This document shows, one piece after another, positions 1 through 9,825 of a stretch of 32,000 bases of DNA. Each line of letters opens with the position of its first letter. Position 1 is the stretch's first letter. Below the pieces are notes generated by a model. The model was not told the DNA's origin. It did no database searches and saw nothing but the letters and a program-made list of their open reading frames with translations. The DNA is from Desulfocapsa sulfexigens DSM 10523. GTDB lineage: Bacteria > Desulfobacterota > Desulfobulbia > Desulfobulbales > Desulfocapsaceae. The stretch covers positions 840,001 through 872,000 of the forward strand of contig NC_020304.1 of assembly GCF_000341395.1 (NCBI RefSeq). Reading direction: 5' to 3'. The translations under genes were made by a program, and so were the position numbers.

Positions 1-1
1 C

Positions 2-850
2 GAGGGGAATACATTTGGCACCATTGTACACACCAACCAGCACCCCTTTTTTTTGTCCTTCCTGGTATGCGTTTACAAAACCACTTAAACCGGAAAGGTT
101 CATGGCCGCATTCTTCAGGTAGGTACCGGTGTCAAATCGTGTCTCTTTGGTTTCAGTATCATAATAATAGGAATTTTGTCCTGCATCCCAGAGTGAAAGT
201 ACGCGACCAATAACTCCTCCAGTTTTTTGCACTTTTTTATACGTGTCATGTCCTGCAACGATTTGGGATCTGGTGTTTTTGGCTTCAAGAAGTGCTTTTT
301 GAGTTGCATTGTGCTGCTTCAGTTTCGCGATGGCCTGTTTTTCAATATATTGCTTTCCTTCTTTGCTATGATTGACTGGAGAGTTAGAAGTATTCCCTGC
401 TGCTACCAGGTTGTTGAAGCGGGTTGGGTTCGTTTTTGCAGCTTTTAAAATTTTACGTATCTTTTTAATACTCTGCTTATTTTGTTTTTCCTCGCTTTGA
501 AGTTTTTTAATATACTGTGCATTCCTGTCCAATTTTCCTTTAACAAGATTTTCAGTTAATGCGTCCAGGTGCATTGTATCACTAAACACATCGGTACTCT
601 TGCCGGTGAGCAGGCTCTTCAAATTGTAATCCTTCAGACTTGCCTTAAACGCCTCACTTTTACTGATAATAAGAGTGGTCTTGTCATTCTGGGTATCTTT
701 GTCATTTTGGAGATCTTCCTTTACAAAAGTCTGTTTTTCCGCAGCAACAGATAGTGGTGTGGGAGAGAATCCGAAAACTATACTAAGAGCCAGTAAAACA
801 CTCAGACAGCTGCTGACAAGAGTTGGGCTCTTGTATAGTTGAGCAATCAT
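2..850 (-). CDS. Hypothetical secreted protein; its 3' end is cut off by the window edge. It is absent from the supplied ORF track because it has no stop inside the window.
   Basis: The ATG at 850-848 overlaps the stop of the upstream TPR gene (ATGA at 847-850). I checked every minus-strand codon of this frame down to nt 2 and found no stop. The N-terminus MIAQLYKSPTLVSSCLSVLLALSIVFGFSPTPLSVAAEKQ looks like a signal peptide. I recognise no family. Confidence 0.6.
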   Translation of the reverse strand, partial: MIAQLYKSPTLVSSCLSVLLALSIVFGFSPTPLSVAAEKQTFVKEDLQNDKDTQNDKTTLIISKSEAFKASLKDYNLKSLLTGKSTDVFSDTMHLDALTENLVKGKLDRNAQYIKKLQSEEKQNKQSIKKIRKILKAAKTNPTRFNNLVAAGNTSNSPVNHSKEGKQYIEKQAIAKLKQHNATQKALLEAKNTRSQIVAGHDTYKKVQKTGGVIGRVLSLWDAGQNSYYYDTETKETRFDTGTYLKNAAMNLSGLSGFVNAYQEGQKKGVLVGVYNGAKCIPL

Positions 851-2106
851 TTGACACCTCCTAAAAGCCGGGTTTTGACTTTCTCAACATAGGCTCGTAA
901 AGCACTATCAAGATTTTTGTCGGCCAGAAGACTGAATGCAATTGACAATGCAGCATCTGTTTCCCCCTGTGCTTCCTGAATGGTGGCAATGGTTAACGCC
1001 AAAACATGGTCATCTCCACGTTGCTGTATATCTTGGCGAATAAGTTCAATTGCACGAGTCTCTTTTTGTGAGGAAAAAGCAACAAAGCTCAGCTGTATAG
1101 CAGCAGCTCTTCGCTGATCGACGGGACAGGATGTCATGCGTTGTTCTGCAAGCGCGAACGCGACTTCAAAATTGCGCAACTGATAATACGCTTCCACTAA
1201 ACGAGCCAGGAGCGGATCTTCCGAAAAAGACTCGAACACTGATTCGTACAGATCAATAGCTAATGCAGTTAAACTTGGAGAATTCACCTCCATATAGGCG
1301 TCTGCCAGATCAACGGTAATTCCGTTATTCTCCGGCAAACCAACTGTTGCTTTTTCAAGATAATCGATGGCACTGAAGAGCTTATCACGGTCTTTTTCAA
1401 CTACAGATTCAGCAAACAAATTCGCACCAATGTCATGCCATTCCAGAGCCTTTTCTGCCATATACTGGTCGCTGAGTTCTTGCTCTTCTTCTGCCTTTTG
1501 TTGTGTTGTACTTTGGGTGGGGGATGTATTTATCTGACTCTGTAACCAATCTGCACGGGCCCCCACATTATGGGCATCTGCGGCATTAGGTGCCAGGACA
1601 CAATATTTTTTGTAAGCCAGAGCTGCCTGGTCGTGTACACCCTGTTTTTCCAGCAGGATACCTAGATTTTTGTATGTCAAAGCATAGTTCTTATCACTCT
1701 CAAGAGCCGAAATATATGCCTGCAATGCTTCATCGAATCTTTCGAGCTTACGCATTACCAGACCGAGATTATTTAGTGTCACTAAACTGGTGGGATCTTT
1801 CTTAAGAGAACGAGAAAGAGAAATTCGTGCTTCTTCTAATTTTCCTTCCCGAGCCAATCTGGTTCCTTGCTTTTGTAATTCACCCGCCGTCAGACTTACC
1901 TGGTTTAAGGGTGGCGCAATGTTTTCTTCCGGGGGCAGTAGAAAAGGAGAGCCACCTGTCGTCGCAGAAGGAGAAGAGGCCTCCGATGTTTTTGGAGGAA
2001 GAAAAAATGGAGATGTTTGACTGTTGGCAAATAGTGGGTGAGCAGGAAAGAGAGTGAAAAAGAGCATCAACCAACTCAGAGGAGGGATAACTCGAAGGTA
2101 CTTCAT
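847..2106 (-). CDS. Exported TPR-repeat protein
   Basis: 419 aa ORF. Signal-peptide-like N-terminus (LMLFFTLFPAHPLFA/NSQ). Duplicated SPF[FL]LPP motif. TPR-like stretches (LNNLGLVMRKLERFDEALQAYISALESDKNYALTYKNLGILLEKQG). Its start overlaps the upstream stop by 1 nt and its stop overlaps the downstream ATG. Confidence 0.85.
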   Translation of the reverse strand: MKYLRVIPPLSWLMLFFTLFPAHPLFANSQTSPFFLPPKTSEASSPSATTGGSPFLLPPEENIAPPLNQVSLTAGELQKQGTRLAREGKLEEARISLSRSLKKDPTSLVTLNNLGLVMRKLERFDEALQAYISALESDKNYALTYKNLGILLEKQGVHDQAALAYKKYCVLAPNAADAHNVGARADWLQSQINTSPTQSTTQQKAEEEQELSDQYMAEKALEWHDIGANLFAESVVEKDRDKLFSAIDYLEKATVGLPENNGITVDLADAYMEVNSPSLTALAIDLYESVFESFSEDPLLARLVEAYYQLRNFEVAFALAEQRMTSCPVDQRRAAAIQLSFVAFSSQKETRAIELIRQDIQQRGDDHVLALTIATIQEAQGETDAALSIAFSLLADKNLDSALRAYVEKVKTRLLGGVK

Positions 2107-2321
2107 CAGTGCTTCTCTCCTTTTTCCCTGGGCGACAATTTTTTCAGGTCTTCTTTTGTTATCAGATCTTTTTTTGCATCATAAACATTATCCATTAATG
2201 CCTCTGCGGGCATGTCTTTGGCGCTTGTGTATTTGTATTTTTTCACACCATAGCGCAACACACCAACTTTTCTTAAAATGAGAACCAACTGGGCGAAGAT
2301 TTTTTTCATCGCATTATCCAT
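2106..2321 (-). CDS. Small basic hypothetical protein (71 aa), first gene of the coupled operon
   Basis: ATG ORF whose TGA (2106-2108) shares one nt with the ATG of the TPR gene (2104-2106). Lys-rich. No family recognised. Confidence 0.5.
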   Translation of the reverse strand: MDNAMKKIFAQLVLILRKVGVLRYGVKKYKYTSAKDMPAEALMDNVYDAKKDLITKEDLKKLSPREKGEKH

Positions 2322-2506
2322 CCTACGGTAACGGGTAAAGAAATATTTGTTAATTGCCTCTCGTAATAAGCTAGGAATAGTCAGGTAAGTTTCTTATTGA
2401 TCTGAGCATAAAAGAAATTATTATGAATTATGTTAATGGCAAGATTGTTCATATGAAATGAGGTTAACTGTTCCTGTCCTGAATCTACTCAAAATCCTAT
2501 TTTTTT

Positions 2507-2715
2507 ATGAAAATCAATAACTGCCCCCTTCATCCCGGCTCATTATCTGTAGAGCAACTTTTTCCGGGACAACTTCTTAGCCATCTCCTGATTTAAAAGT
2601 CGCTAACTCTCTACAACTCTGCTGTTCCGCCATATCATTAGAGATAAAGATACATTCTATTATACGCTGCACAACGAAGTAATATGGACCACCACGGTCA
2701 TAGAGACCCAACTTG
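2507..2715 (-). pseudogene. Decayed copy of the 3' third of the DUF2058 (YaiL-like) gene found intact at 14457-14927
   Basis: Translation of track ORF 2577-2786 ends ...LGLYDRGGPYYFVVQRIIECIFISNDMAEQQSCRELATFKSGDG. The intact gene reads ...LDRDDSGDPYHFVVQSKIERIFVSEEMTEQLSRGQLAIVKSGDGYEVVPAKVAQQIMSRD. After the stop the same frame continues EVVPEKVALQIMSRD, so the stop is a TAT-to-TAA nonsense change at 2577-2579. A 1-nt indel lies near 2524-2535. The N-terminal Lys-rich half is missing. By hand alignment, 139 of 180 ungapped nt are identical between 2536-2715 and 14497-14676. Confidence 0.8.
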
Positions 2716-3000
2716 CACTGTATCCAAGTCCGATAACAAGAAATACCGGGAGAACAATTTCGATAACATTTTGCATGACTATACATCTACTTGAGTGTCA
2801 CTCGAAGCTACAAGAAAAATCGTTAACAAAAGAATAAAATAATGAAGGAGAAGGAGGATATCTTTGTTATACGTGCCATTGTATCCAATAATTCTAACGA
2901 ACCGAATAGTTCTTGCCATTCGCTCTCCTATTCATCTAAAATGAATCAACAAAGAAGTTAGGTATTCCCGTTATAGCAAAAAGAAAAGTGGAGTTAAAAC

Positions 3001-4641
3001 ATGTTTTGGATTGATTGGGTTGCGGTTGTCATGGTTGGAGTAGGTGCCTTTTTCATGCTCCTATCAATTCTCTCAGCTGTAGCCATGCTGTCCCGCCTTA
3101 CCCCTTTTTACAAAAGAAAATGGACCCTCCTCACCATATTTAAAGGATTTTTCCTCTTAGGTTACCTTGCCTTTATTATCATTCTCGTGATGAAACTCAA
3201 ACTTCCGGTGGAGTTTGTTACCGGAGTTGTTTTTCTGGGCGGTGCCTTTTTTGTTTTTATGGTTATTCGCCTGACTAAATATACCATCACAGACCTTGCC
3301 AATAAAGAAGATGCCCTCAACGAACTTAATGCCACTCTGGAGAAGAAGGTAAGCCAGCGTACCATTGAACTCGAAAAAAGTATGGCAGATCTGGGCAATG
3401 AAATGTTGGAACGTGAAAAGGCAAATTACGAAATCCACAGAATGGAAGAAGAATTACGACTGATTCTTGACACAATTTCCACAGGTATCCGGGTTATTGG
3501 CCTAGATCACAGGATTACCAGGGTAAATAAACGTTTTTGCCATCTTCTTGGTATGAGTAATGATGAGTTAGTTGGAAGTGCCTGTTATGAAAATTTCGAT
3601 AATGAAGACTGTCGGGATTCACCATCCTGCAGGTTGAAAAATCTAAACACTGCCCATGATGACAATGAACTCATAGAAAAAAAGACTACCCGGGAAGGGA
3701 AGCAATACCATTTTCGCATCACCTCAGCGCCCCTGAAAGACACTGACGGGAAGGTTGTTGCACTCCTGGAGGATTTCCAGGACGTCACACCATTAATCAA
3801 AGCGCAGGAAGAAAAAGAACTGGCTCAGAGTCGGCTTCATCAGGCAGCCAAACTCGAATCCGTGGGCCAGTTGGCTGCGGGTATTGCCCACGAAATAAAT
3901 ACACCTGTTCAGTTTGTCGGCACAAATCTGGAATTTTTGAAAGAAAGCTTTGAAGATATTGCCACCTTCCTCGAAAAACTTCAGATAACAATGAATGACG
4001 GAGAGAGTACTGCCGGTTTAAAACAGGGACTGGAGGAGCTTGACTGGGATTTTCTTTCTGAGGAGATTCCCCTGGCCATTGAGCAATCCATGGGAGGAAC
4101 GGAAAGGGTTCGTAAGCTTGTCCTGGCCATGAAGGAATTTTCACACCCCACTACCAGAGAGATGGCTCCGGCAGATATTAACAGTATCCTGCATAACACT
4201 ATTATAATTTCTCAAAATGAATGGAAACACGTTGCAGATATGAAAACCAAGCTTTCTGAAGATCTCCCCCCCGTACCCTGCCTGATTGATGCAATGGGCC
4301 AGGTATTTCTCAATATTATCGTGAACGCTGCCCACGCCATTGCAGACAGGATCAAAGACACATCCGAAAAAGGAACAATAACCATCACCACTGCTACTCA
4401 CGGTGATTTCGCAGAAATATCCTTCAGTGACACCGGAAAAGGAATGGACAAAGAACTCTGTAGTAAAATCTTTGATCCTTTTTTTACCACTAAAGAAGTG
4501 GGCAGCGGTACAGGACAAGGACTATCCATCGCCCATGACATTGTCGTCAACAAGCATCATGGTGACATTAAAGTAGAAAGTTCAGTTGGAGTCGGGACAC
4601 GGCTTATTGTACAACTGCCATTGAAAGCTGTAGAGAACTGA
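3001..4641 (+). CDS. Membrane sensor histidine kinase (3 TM, coiled coil, PAS, HisKA-like, HATPase_c)
   Basis: 546 aa ATG ORF with GTGGAG upstream. Three N-terminal hydrophobic helices. H-box AAGIAHEINTP. ATP-lid motifs DTGKGM and GSGTGQGLSIA. Confidence 0.93.
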   Translation: MFWIDWVAVVMVGVGAFFMLLSILSAVAMLSRLTPFYKRKWTLLTIFKGFFLLGYLAFIIILVMKLKLPVEFVTGVVFLGGAFFVFMVIRLTKYTITDLANKEDALNELNATLEKKVSQRTIELEKSMADLGNEMLEREKANYEIHRMEEELRLILDTISTGIRVIGLDHRITRVNKRFCHLLGMSNDELVGSACYENFDNEDCRDSPSCRLKNLNTAHDDNELIEKKTTREGKQYHFRITSAPLKDTDGKVVALLEDFQDVTPLIKAQEEKELAQSRLHQAAKLESVGQLAAGIAHEINTPVQFVGTNLEFLKESFEDIATFLEKLQITMNDGESTAGLKQGLEELDWDFLSEEIPLAIEQSMGGTERVRKLVLAMKEFSHPTTREMAPADINSILHNTIIISQNEWKHVADMKTKLSEDLPPVPCLIDAMGQVFLNIIVNAAHAIADRIKDTSEKGTITITTATHGDFAEISFSDTGKGMDKELCSKIFDPFFTTKEVGSGTGQGLSIAHDIVVNKHHGDIKVESSVGVGTRLIVQLPLKAVEN

Positions 4642-4697
4642 CCTGCAGGCAATTTCCCGGGTGGGTAGTGCGTAGAGACAATACACGGCTACAGGTA

Positions 4698-6470
4698 CTA
4701 TTTTGTTTCAATATAGCAGAAATCATCTTTCACGAGTTGCGCAAATGCCTCTTCAGGAACTGGAGGACTAAAGAAATATCCCTGCCCGATGTCACAGCCC
4801 ATACTGCGCAGGAGTTTGAACTGTTCACTGGTTTCGATGCCCTCGGCAATGGTGGTCATCCCCAGACTCTTGGCCAGAGCGATAATTGCCTGAATAATGG
4901 CGGCATCCTGTGGGTTTTTAATGATATCTTTGACAAAAAACCTGTCGATTTTAATTGAACTGATGGGAAAGTTTTTCAGGTACAGCAGGGAGGAGTAGCC
5001 GGTACCAAAATCATCCACTGATATGGTCAAGCCCATTTTTTTTATTTCTTCCAGAATTTCTTCAGTTTCTCCTTTTTTTTCAGCCATCACACTCTCAGTA
5101 ATCTCTACCTCAAAGGCATTGGGTTTTAAATGGTTCCCCTCAAGACTTTCCCGCAGTTTTTGGGGAAGATGCTGCTCAGCAAATTGTTTACTGGAAATGT
5201 TGACTGCCACCCGTACCTGCCGGTACCCCTGTTCTTTCCAGGCCTGCTGCTGCTCCCCCACCCGGCGTATTACCCAGTCTGTAAAGGGAACGATAAGCCC
5301 AAGCTCCTCAATGGAAGGAATAAAATCAGACGGGGGAACCTGCCCCAACGTGGGGTGTGTCCAACGTGCCAGACTCTCCGCCCCGACAATTTGGCCATCC
5401 CGCATATCAACCTGTGGCTGATACCAGAGAACAAACTCATCATTTGTCACTGCTTTACGGACATCGTTTTCAAAATCAAGACGCACCTTTGCCTTTACAT
5501 TGAGTGCTTTTTTGTAAAATTGAAAACCGTTTTTTCCTTTTTCCTTTGCATGGTACATCGCCAGATCCGCATGTTTCATCAGCACTTCGCTGTCGTTACC
5601 ATCCAGTGGAAAAATAGAGATCCCAATACTGGCAGAAATAAATATTTCATGCCCTTCTATTGTAAATTTATGGGACAGGGAATTCTTGATTCGCTGGGCG
5701 ACCCTGCTGGCATCCTCGGGAGTTTGAAGCCTGGGAAGCATAATGGTAAACTCATCACCTCCCAGTCGTGAAACACAACTCTTTGACTCATCCTGCCCAT
5801 ATCTACTGAAAGAATCAGAATCACGAATACAAGTGCTTACCCGTCCAGCAACATTTTTGAGGAGAATATCACCAACATGATGTCCAAGGGTATCATTGAT
5901 AATCTTGAACCGATCCAAATCCATAAAGAGAACAGCAAGTTGACTTTCCTCTGCAGCAGAGTCGATAAGAGCCGTATCCAGACTATCTTTAAACATGGTA
6001 CGATTGGCCAGTCCGGTCAGATGATCATAGAAGGCCAGCACTTCTATCTGTTTGCGCTGATCAATGACATCAAAAAATGCGTTACTGGCACGCAGCATGT
6101 ATTTGACCCGATAATTTAACACAGGCCAGTTGATTGGCTTAGTGATAAAATCAGTGGCTCCGGACTCAAAAGCGCGATGGATGGATTCAAGATCTTCCAG
6201 TCCTGTTACCATAAGTATGGGCGTATGAATACCACCTGTCATCTTACGAACCGTCTTACAGGTATCAAATCCGTCAAGTTTTGGCATCATGACATCAAGG
6301 AGAATGGCATCTGGCTGCAACTTTTCAAAAACAGAAACTGCGACCAGGCCATTCTCTGCCTCAGCTACTCTGAAGCCATCTTTCTCAAGACTGGCACGCA
6401 TTAACAAACGAAGACCAAAGTCATCATCGACAATCAAAATTAAAGGGGTCTTTTCCTTGACACCACTCAT
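4698..6470 (-). CDS. Response regulator with REC-GGDEF-EAL architecture (c-di-GMP turnover)
   Basis: Receiver motifs LILIVDDD and [18 protein letters not shown] motif. EAL-domain motifs [25 protein letters not shown] and GQGYFF. The ATG overlaps the upstream kinase stop (ATGA at 6467-6470). Confidence 0.94.
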   Translation of the reverse strand: MSGVKEKTPLILIVDDDFGLRLLMRASLEKDGFRVAEAENGLVAVSVFEKLQPDAILLDVMMPKLDGFDTCKTVRKMTGGIHTPILMVTGLEDLESIHRAFESGATDFITKPINWPVLNYRVKYMLRASNAFFDVIDQRKQIEVLAFYDHLTGLANRTMFKDSLDTALIDSAAEESQLAVLFMDLDRFKIINDTLGHHVGDILLKNVAGRVSTCIRDSDSFSRYGQDESKSCVSRLGGDEFTIMLPRLQTPEDASRVAQRIKNSLSHKFTIEGHEIFISASIGISIFPLDGNDSEVLMKHADLAMYHAKEKGKNGFQFYKKALNVKAKVRLDFENDVRKAVTNDEFVLWYQPQVDMRDGQIVGAESLARWTHPTLGQVPPSDFIPSIEELGLIVPFTDWVIRRVGEQQQAWKEQGYRQVRVAVNISSKQFAEQHLPQKLRESLEGNHLKPNAFEVEITESVMAEKKGETEEILEEIKKMGLTISVDDFGTGYSSLLYLKNFPISSIKIDRFFVKDIIKNPQDAAIIQAIIALAKSLGMTTIAEGIETSEQFKLLRSMGCDIGQGYFFSPPVPEEAFAQLVKDDFCYIETK

Positions 6471-9265
6471 GATGTTACCTTTTCTGCCATAAGAGGATCG
6501 ATTATCTTCTGATATTCCTCTTGCGCGGTGACAAAGACTTCCATTCCTCCATGCAGAGCGTTTGTGTATGCCCTGTGCTCTAAATCCTTAAACAGGGCTG
6601 AAAGGGACAGGGCACCGATGTTTGCGCTACTTGATTTCAAGCTATGGGCAATGGAGCGAACCTCCGTTGCATCCTTGTTCCGCAAAGCCCGGCACAGACT
6701 ATCCATCTGATTTGGGGTATCCTCCAGATATATGGATATAATACGAGTAAGGATATCAGGTTCTCCTTCTGGCTGCAGAGCACGAATATTATCAAGTGCC
6801 CTGCGGTTAATCAGTTCTTCACCGACGACACTCATGGGGCTTTCTGAATGTGATTCTTTCTGGAATACTCTCTTGTCATCCTGCTGCAGCTTCTTCGGTA
6901 ACCAGTGCTTCAACACCTTTTCAACCTGCTGCAGACTGAAGGGCTTACTGATATAGTCATCCATGCCGGCTGCAAGACATTTTTCCCTGTCTCCGGTCAG
7001 GGCATTTGCTGTCAAAGCAACAACCGGTGTCCGCTTTCCTCTGTCTTTCATATTTTCCAAACGTCGAATGGCAGAAGTTGCTTCATATCCATCCATACGC
7101 GGCATCTGACAATCCATAAGGACAATATCAAAAGAATTCTTTTCAAAAAATTGCAACGCTTCCTGGCCATTCTTCGTCAATGTTACCTTACAGCCGAGCT
7201 TACGCAGTACTCCCATGGCCACCTGCTGATTTGTGACATTATCCTCTGCCACCAGAACATTAGCATCAAATGTAGCCCGGTTTTTCTGCAGACTATAGTG
7301 GGTAATGAGCTGGTTATCGTCTTCGAATCGATCTCTTGCCATCAAGGCAACGAGACTGTTATAGAGATCAATCTGACGAGTTGGTTTAGTAAGGTAAATT
7401 TTGATACCGGCTTGGTGAGCCAGGCGAGCATCACCGCGTATACCAACGGAAGTGAGCATGACCATACGAGTGCCCTGCAAAGAAGGATCCTTACTGATCA
7501 GGGCAGCAACTTCAAGGCCATCCATACCGGGCATATCTTTATCAAGAATTGCTATGTCAAAAGGCTTCCTGTCAGCCACCGCCTGATACAACAGGGTCAG
7601 TCCTTCAATTCCACCTGAAGCGCTGGCATGATCAACCCCCCAGATTTCCATCTGATGCTCAAGTAGTCGCCGGTTGGTAGCATTATCATCTATAATGATT
7701 GCCCGCAGGTTGGATAGCTTATCGGCCTCGGTCGATGCAACCACCTCCGTTCCCGAGGCCTTGTCCAGGGTTACTTCCATCCAGAACTCTGACCCGCCTC
7801 CAGGACGACTATTGCAGTTAATCTCTCCCCCCATTAGCTCAACGAGTTGCCGGGAAATTGCCAGGCCAAGCCCTGTTCCCCCGTATTTCCTGGTGGTAGA
7901 GTCATCTGCCTGCGAAAAAGGATGGAAGAGTGTTTCATATTCATCTTCAGAAATACCAATCCCCGTATCCTGGACCGAAAAGCGAAGGGATGCCTCGTTA
8001 TCAGTCTCTCCAAGGAGCGTCAGCTGGAGAAGAATTTCCCCATGATCCGTAAATTTAATAGCATTCCCCAGCAGATTAACCAGAACCTGCCGCAACCTGC
8101 TGGGATCACCGCTAACGTAGGAAGAAATATTGTCAGGGACATTGACAATCAGCTCCAGGCCCTTGGCATGTGCCCTGTAAGCAAGCATTTGAGCGACATC
8201 TTCCACCAGCAATGCTAAATTAAAATTAATTGTTTCGAGCTCAAGTTTACCGGCTTCGATTTTAGAAAAATCAAGGATATCATTGATAATGGTAAGCAGG
8301 GATTCCCCCGAACTCATGATCGTCTCAATGGAACTGCGCAGCTCCTTATCCAAATCTGTATCGAGCGCCATCTCGGCCATACCAAGAATACCGTTCATCG
8401 GAGTACGGATCTCATGACTCATGTTAGCAAGAAACTGTGATTTTGCTTTATTTGCAGCCTGGGCCTGCTCCGCCAGAACAATGGCCTCGTCCATTGCCTT
8501 TTTTAGCTCGACAGTACGTTTCTGTACCTGATCCTCAAGGTATTCATCACGCTTCTGGATCATGCTGAGCATATCATTAAAACCACTGGCCAATAAGCCA
8601 AGTTCATCCTCGCTGGATTGTGTGGCACGGAGGGAATAATCCTTTTTTTCAGAAACCTGCCGAATAATAGCGGCCAGCTTAACAACAGGATCAGTAATAA
8701 TCGTCTGTAAGCGATTTCCCAGAATGGCGGCAATCAGCAATCCTCCCCAGAGAATAGCCAACAGGTACAGCCCGACCTGAAGCATATTACTGTAGAGATC
8801 CTCCATACTGACCTGTATAAAGAGAGACCCGATTTTTTCCTTATCAAGAACAATGGGCTGAAGTACCTCAATATATTTTTCGCTAAAGAGGTACCCCTTT
8901 TTCTTTAATTCAGCATTGAACAGGCTATGTTCAACGTTTCCATTATTAGAAGACCCTGGCGAATAGGCTGCAACGATCACTCCTTCAGGGCTAACAATAC
9001 GGGAACAGATAATTGTTTCTTTAATGGAAAGAGACCGCAGGATTTTTTCCAGTGCTTCTACATCATGAAAAACCAGGCCTGCTCTACTATTCTCACCAAT
9101 AATCTGAGCCAGTGTCGAAAGCTCTGCAAGAGTATTTTTCCTATAGAGATACCACTGACTGACAAAGGTGACCGCAAAAGTGAGAATAAGAACAGAAAAA
9201 CAAACACCAAGAATAATGGTGTTAAGCTTATGTTTGACAGGCAGTTTACTGAAGCGAAAATTCAT
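6467..9265 (-). CDS. Hybrid sensor kinase: TM, periplasmic domain (CHASE8-like by architecture), TM, HAMP, HisKA, HATPase_c, REC, REC, HPt
   Basis: 932 aa. H-box [16 protein letters not shown] and G boxes [15 protein letters not shown] and [10 protein letters not shown]. Two receiver modules (DKDMPGMDG and [11 protein letters not shown]). HPt motif [12 protein letters not shown]. The ATG overlaps the stop of the YfiR-like gene (9262-9265). Confidence 0.94.
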   Translation of the reverse strand: MNFRFSKLPVKHKLNTIILGVCFSVLILTFAVTFVSQWYLYRKNTLAELSTLAQIIGENSRAGLVFHDVEALEKILRSLSIKETIICSRIVSPEGVIVAAYSPGSSNNGNVEHSLFNAELKKKGYLFSEKYIEVLQPIVLDKEKIGSLFIQVSMEDLYSNMLQVGLYLLAILWGGLLIAAILGNRLQTIITDPVVKLAAIIRQVSEKKDYSLRATQSSEDELGLLASGFNDMLSMIQKRDEYLEDQVQKRTVELKKAMDEAIVLAEQAQAANKAKSQFLANMSHEIRTPMNGILGMAEMALDTDLDKELRSSIETIMSSGESLLTIINDILDFSKIEAGKLELETINFNLALLVEDVAQMLAYRAHAKGLELIVNVPDNISSYVSGDPSRLRQVLVNLLGNAIKFTDHGEILLQLTLLGETDNEASLRFSVQDTGIGISEDEYETLFHPFSQADDSTTRKYGGTGLGLAISRQLVELMGGEINCNSRPGGGSEFWMEVTLDKASGTEVVASTEADKLSNLRAIIIDDNATNRRLLEHQMEIWGVDHASASGGIEGLTLLYQAVADRKPFDIAILDKDMPGMDGLEVAALISKDPSLQGTRMVMLTSVGIRGDARLAHQAGIKIYLTKPTRQIDLYNSLVALMARDRFEDDNQLITHYSLQKNRATFDANVLVAEDNVTNQQVAMGVLRKLGCKVTLTKNGQEALQFFEKNSFDIVLMDCQMPRMDGYEATSAIRRLENMKDRGKRTPVVALTANALTGDREKCLAAGMDDYISKPFSLQQVEKVLKHWLPKKLQQDDKRVFQKESHSESPMSVVGEELINRRALDNIRALQPEGEPDILTRIISIYLEDTPNQMDSLCRALRNKDATEVRSIAHSLKSSSANIGALSLSALFKDLEHRAYTNALHGGMEVFVTAQEEYQKIIDPLMAEKVTS

Positions 9266-9825
9266 TTTGCCCTCCCCACAACTTCAACAGCAAGGGAAAG
9301 CAACTGTGAATCTATTTTGATATGATTCTTAAGAGCATATTCAAGATTGACGAGAAAGCGCAACCGCTCCCTCAGTGTCACAAACTGAACAACCCCTCCC
9401 TGGGCAGCAAAATCCGTCGCGTCACCCACCGTCACAATTGCTTTGGAACCGAGTACTTGAAGTACTTTCCCCACAGACTTTAAAGGTGGCATACTGATAT
9501 ACAGAAGATGACATTCCTGCACTTCTTCAACCTTGGAGAAATGGCGGATAACAATGGGGCGATTACGCACGGTTTTTTGAGCCAATGGAGCTAACTCGGC
9601 TTCAACAGAACTCCTCCCAAGCACCCCTATCACCAGGGGAGACTGCTCATCAGTGAAGGTCTCCTCGGGCCATTGGATAAATTTGGCAAAATTATAAAGG
9701 TAAGCCACCTTCAGCTTGTCTTCAGAGGACGGAGCTGCCCCCTGTCCTGGGAGAACAAAACAAAAGATACAGACCAGATTTATGAGAGAAACAATACGTC
9801 TCAATGGGTTCCAGTTGTCATTCAA
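9262..9825 (-). CDS. YfiR-like periplasmic protein (DUF4154)
   Basis: Signal peptide ([20 protein letters not shown]) followed by [16 protein letters not shown], which I recognise from memory as the DUF4154/YfiR signature. The only start before the signal peptide is TTG at 9825, which overlaps the receptor stop (TTGA). Confidence 0.8.
   Translation of the reverse strand: MNDNWNPLRRIVSLINLVCIFCFVLPGQGAAPSSEDKLKVAYLYNFAKFIQWPEETFTDEQSPLVIGVLGRSSVEAELAPLAQKTVRNRPIVIRHFSKVEEVQECHLLYISMPPLKSVGKVLQVLGSKAIVTVGDATDFAAQGGVVQFVTLRERLRFLVNLEYALKNHIKIDSQLLSLAVEVVGRAK

Noticed and set aside
2779-2919. A 46-aa minus-strand ORF (MARTIRFVRIIGYNG...LLLTIFLVASS...) with a good AGGAG 5 nt upstream of its ATG.
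   Set aside because: It is too short and has no recognisable family. It lies in the decayed region next to the pseudogene. I could not support it beyond the RBS-like sequence.
5130-5771. Long antisense ORFs inside well-supported genes: 5130-5771 (+), 6905-7618 (+), 11268-11810 (+), 15232-15921 (-), 27522-28247 (+) and 27985-28641 (+).
   Set aside because: Each lies entirely within, and opposite to, a gene with clear domain motifs. Their translations are low-complexity or Cys/Arg/Ser-rich with no recognisable motifs, which is typical of shadow ORFs.
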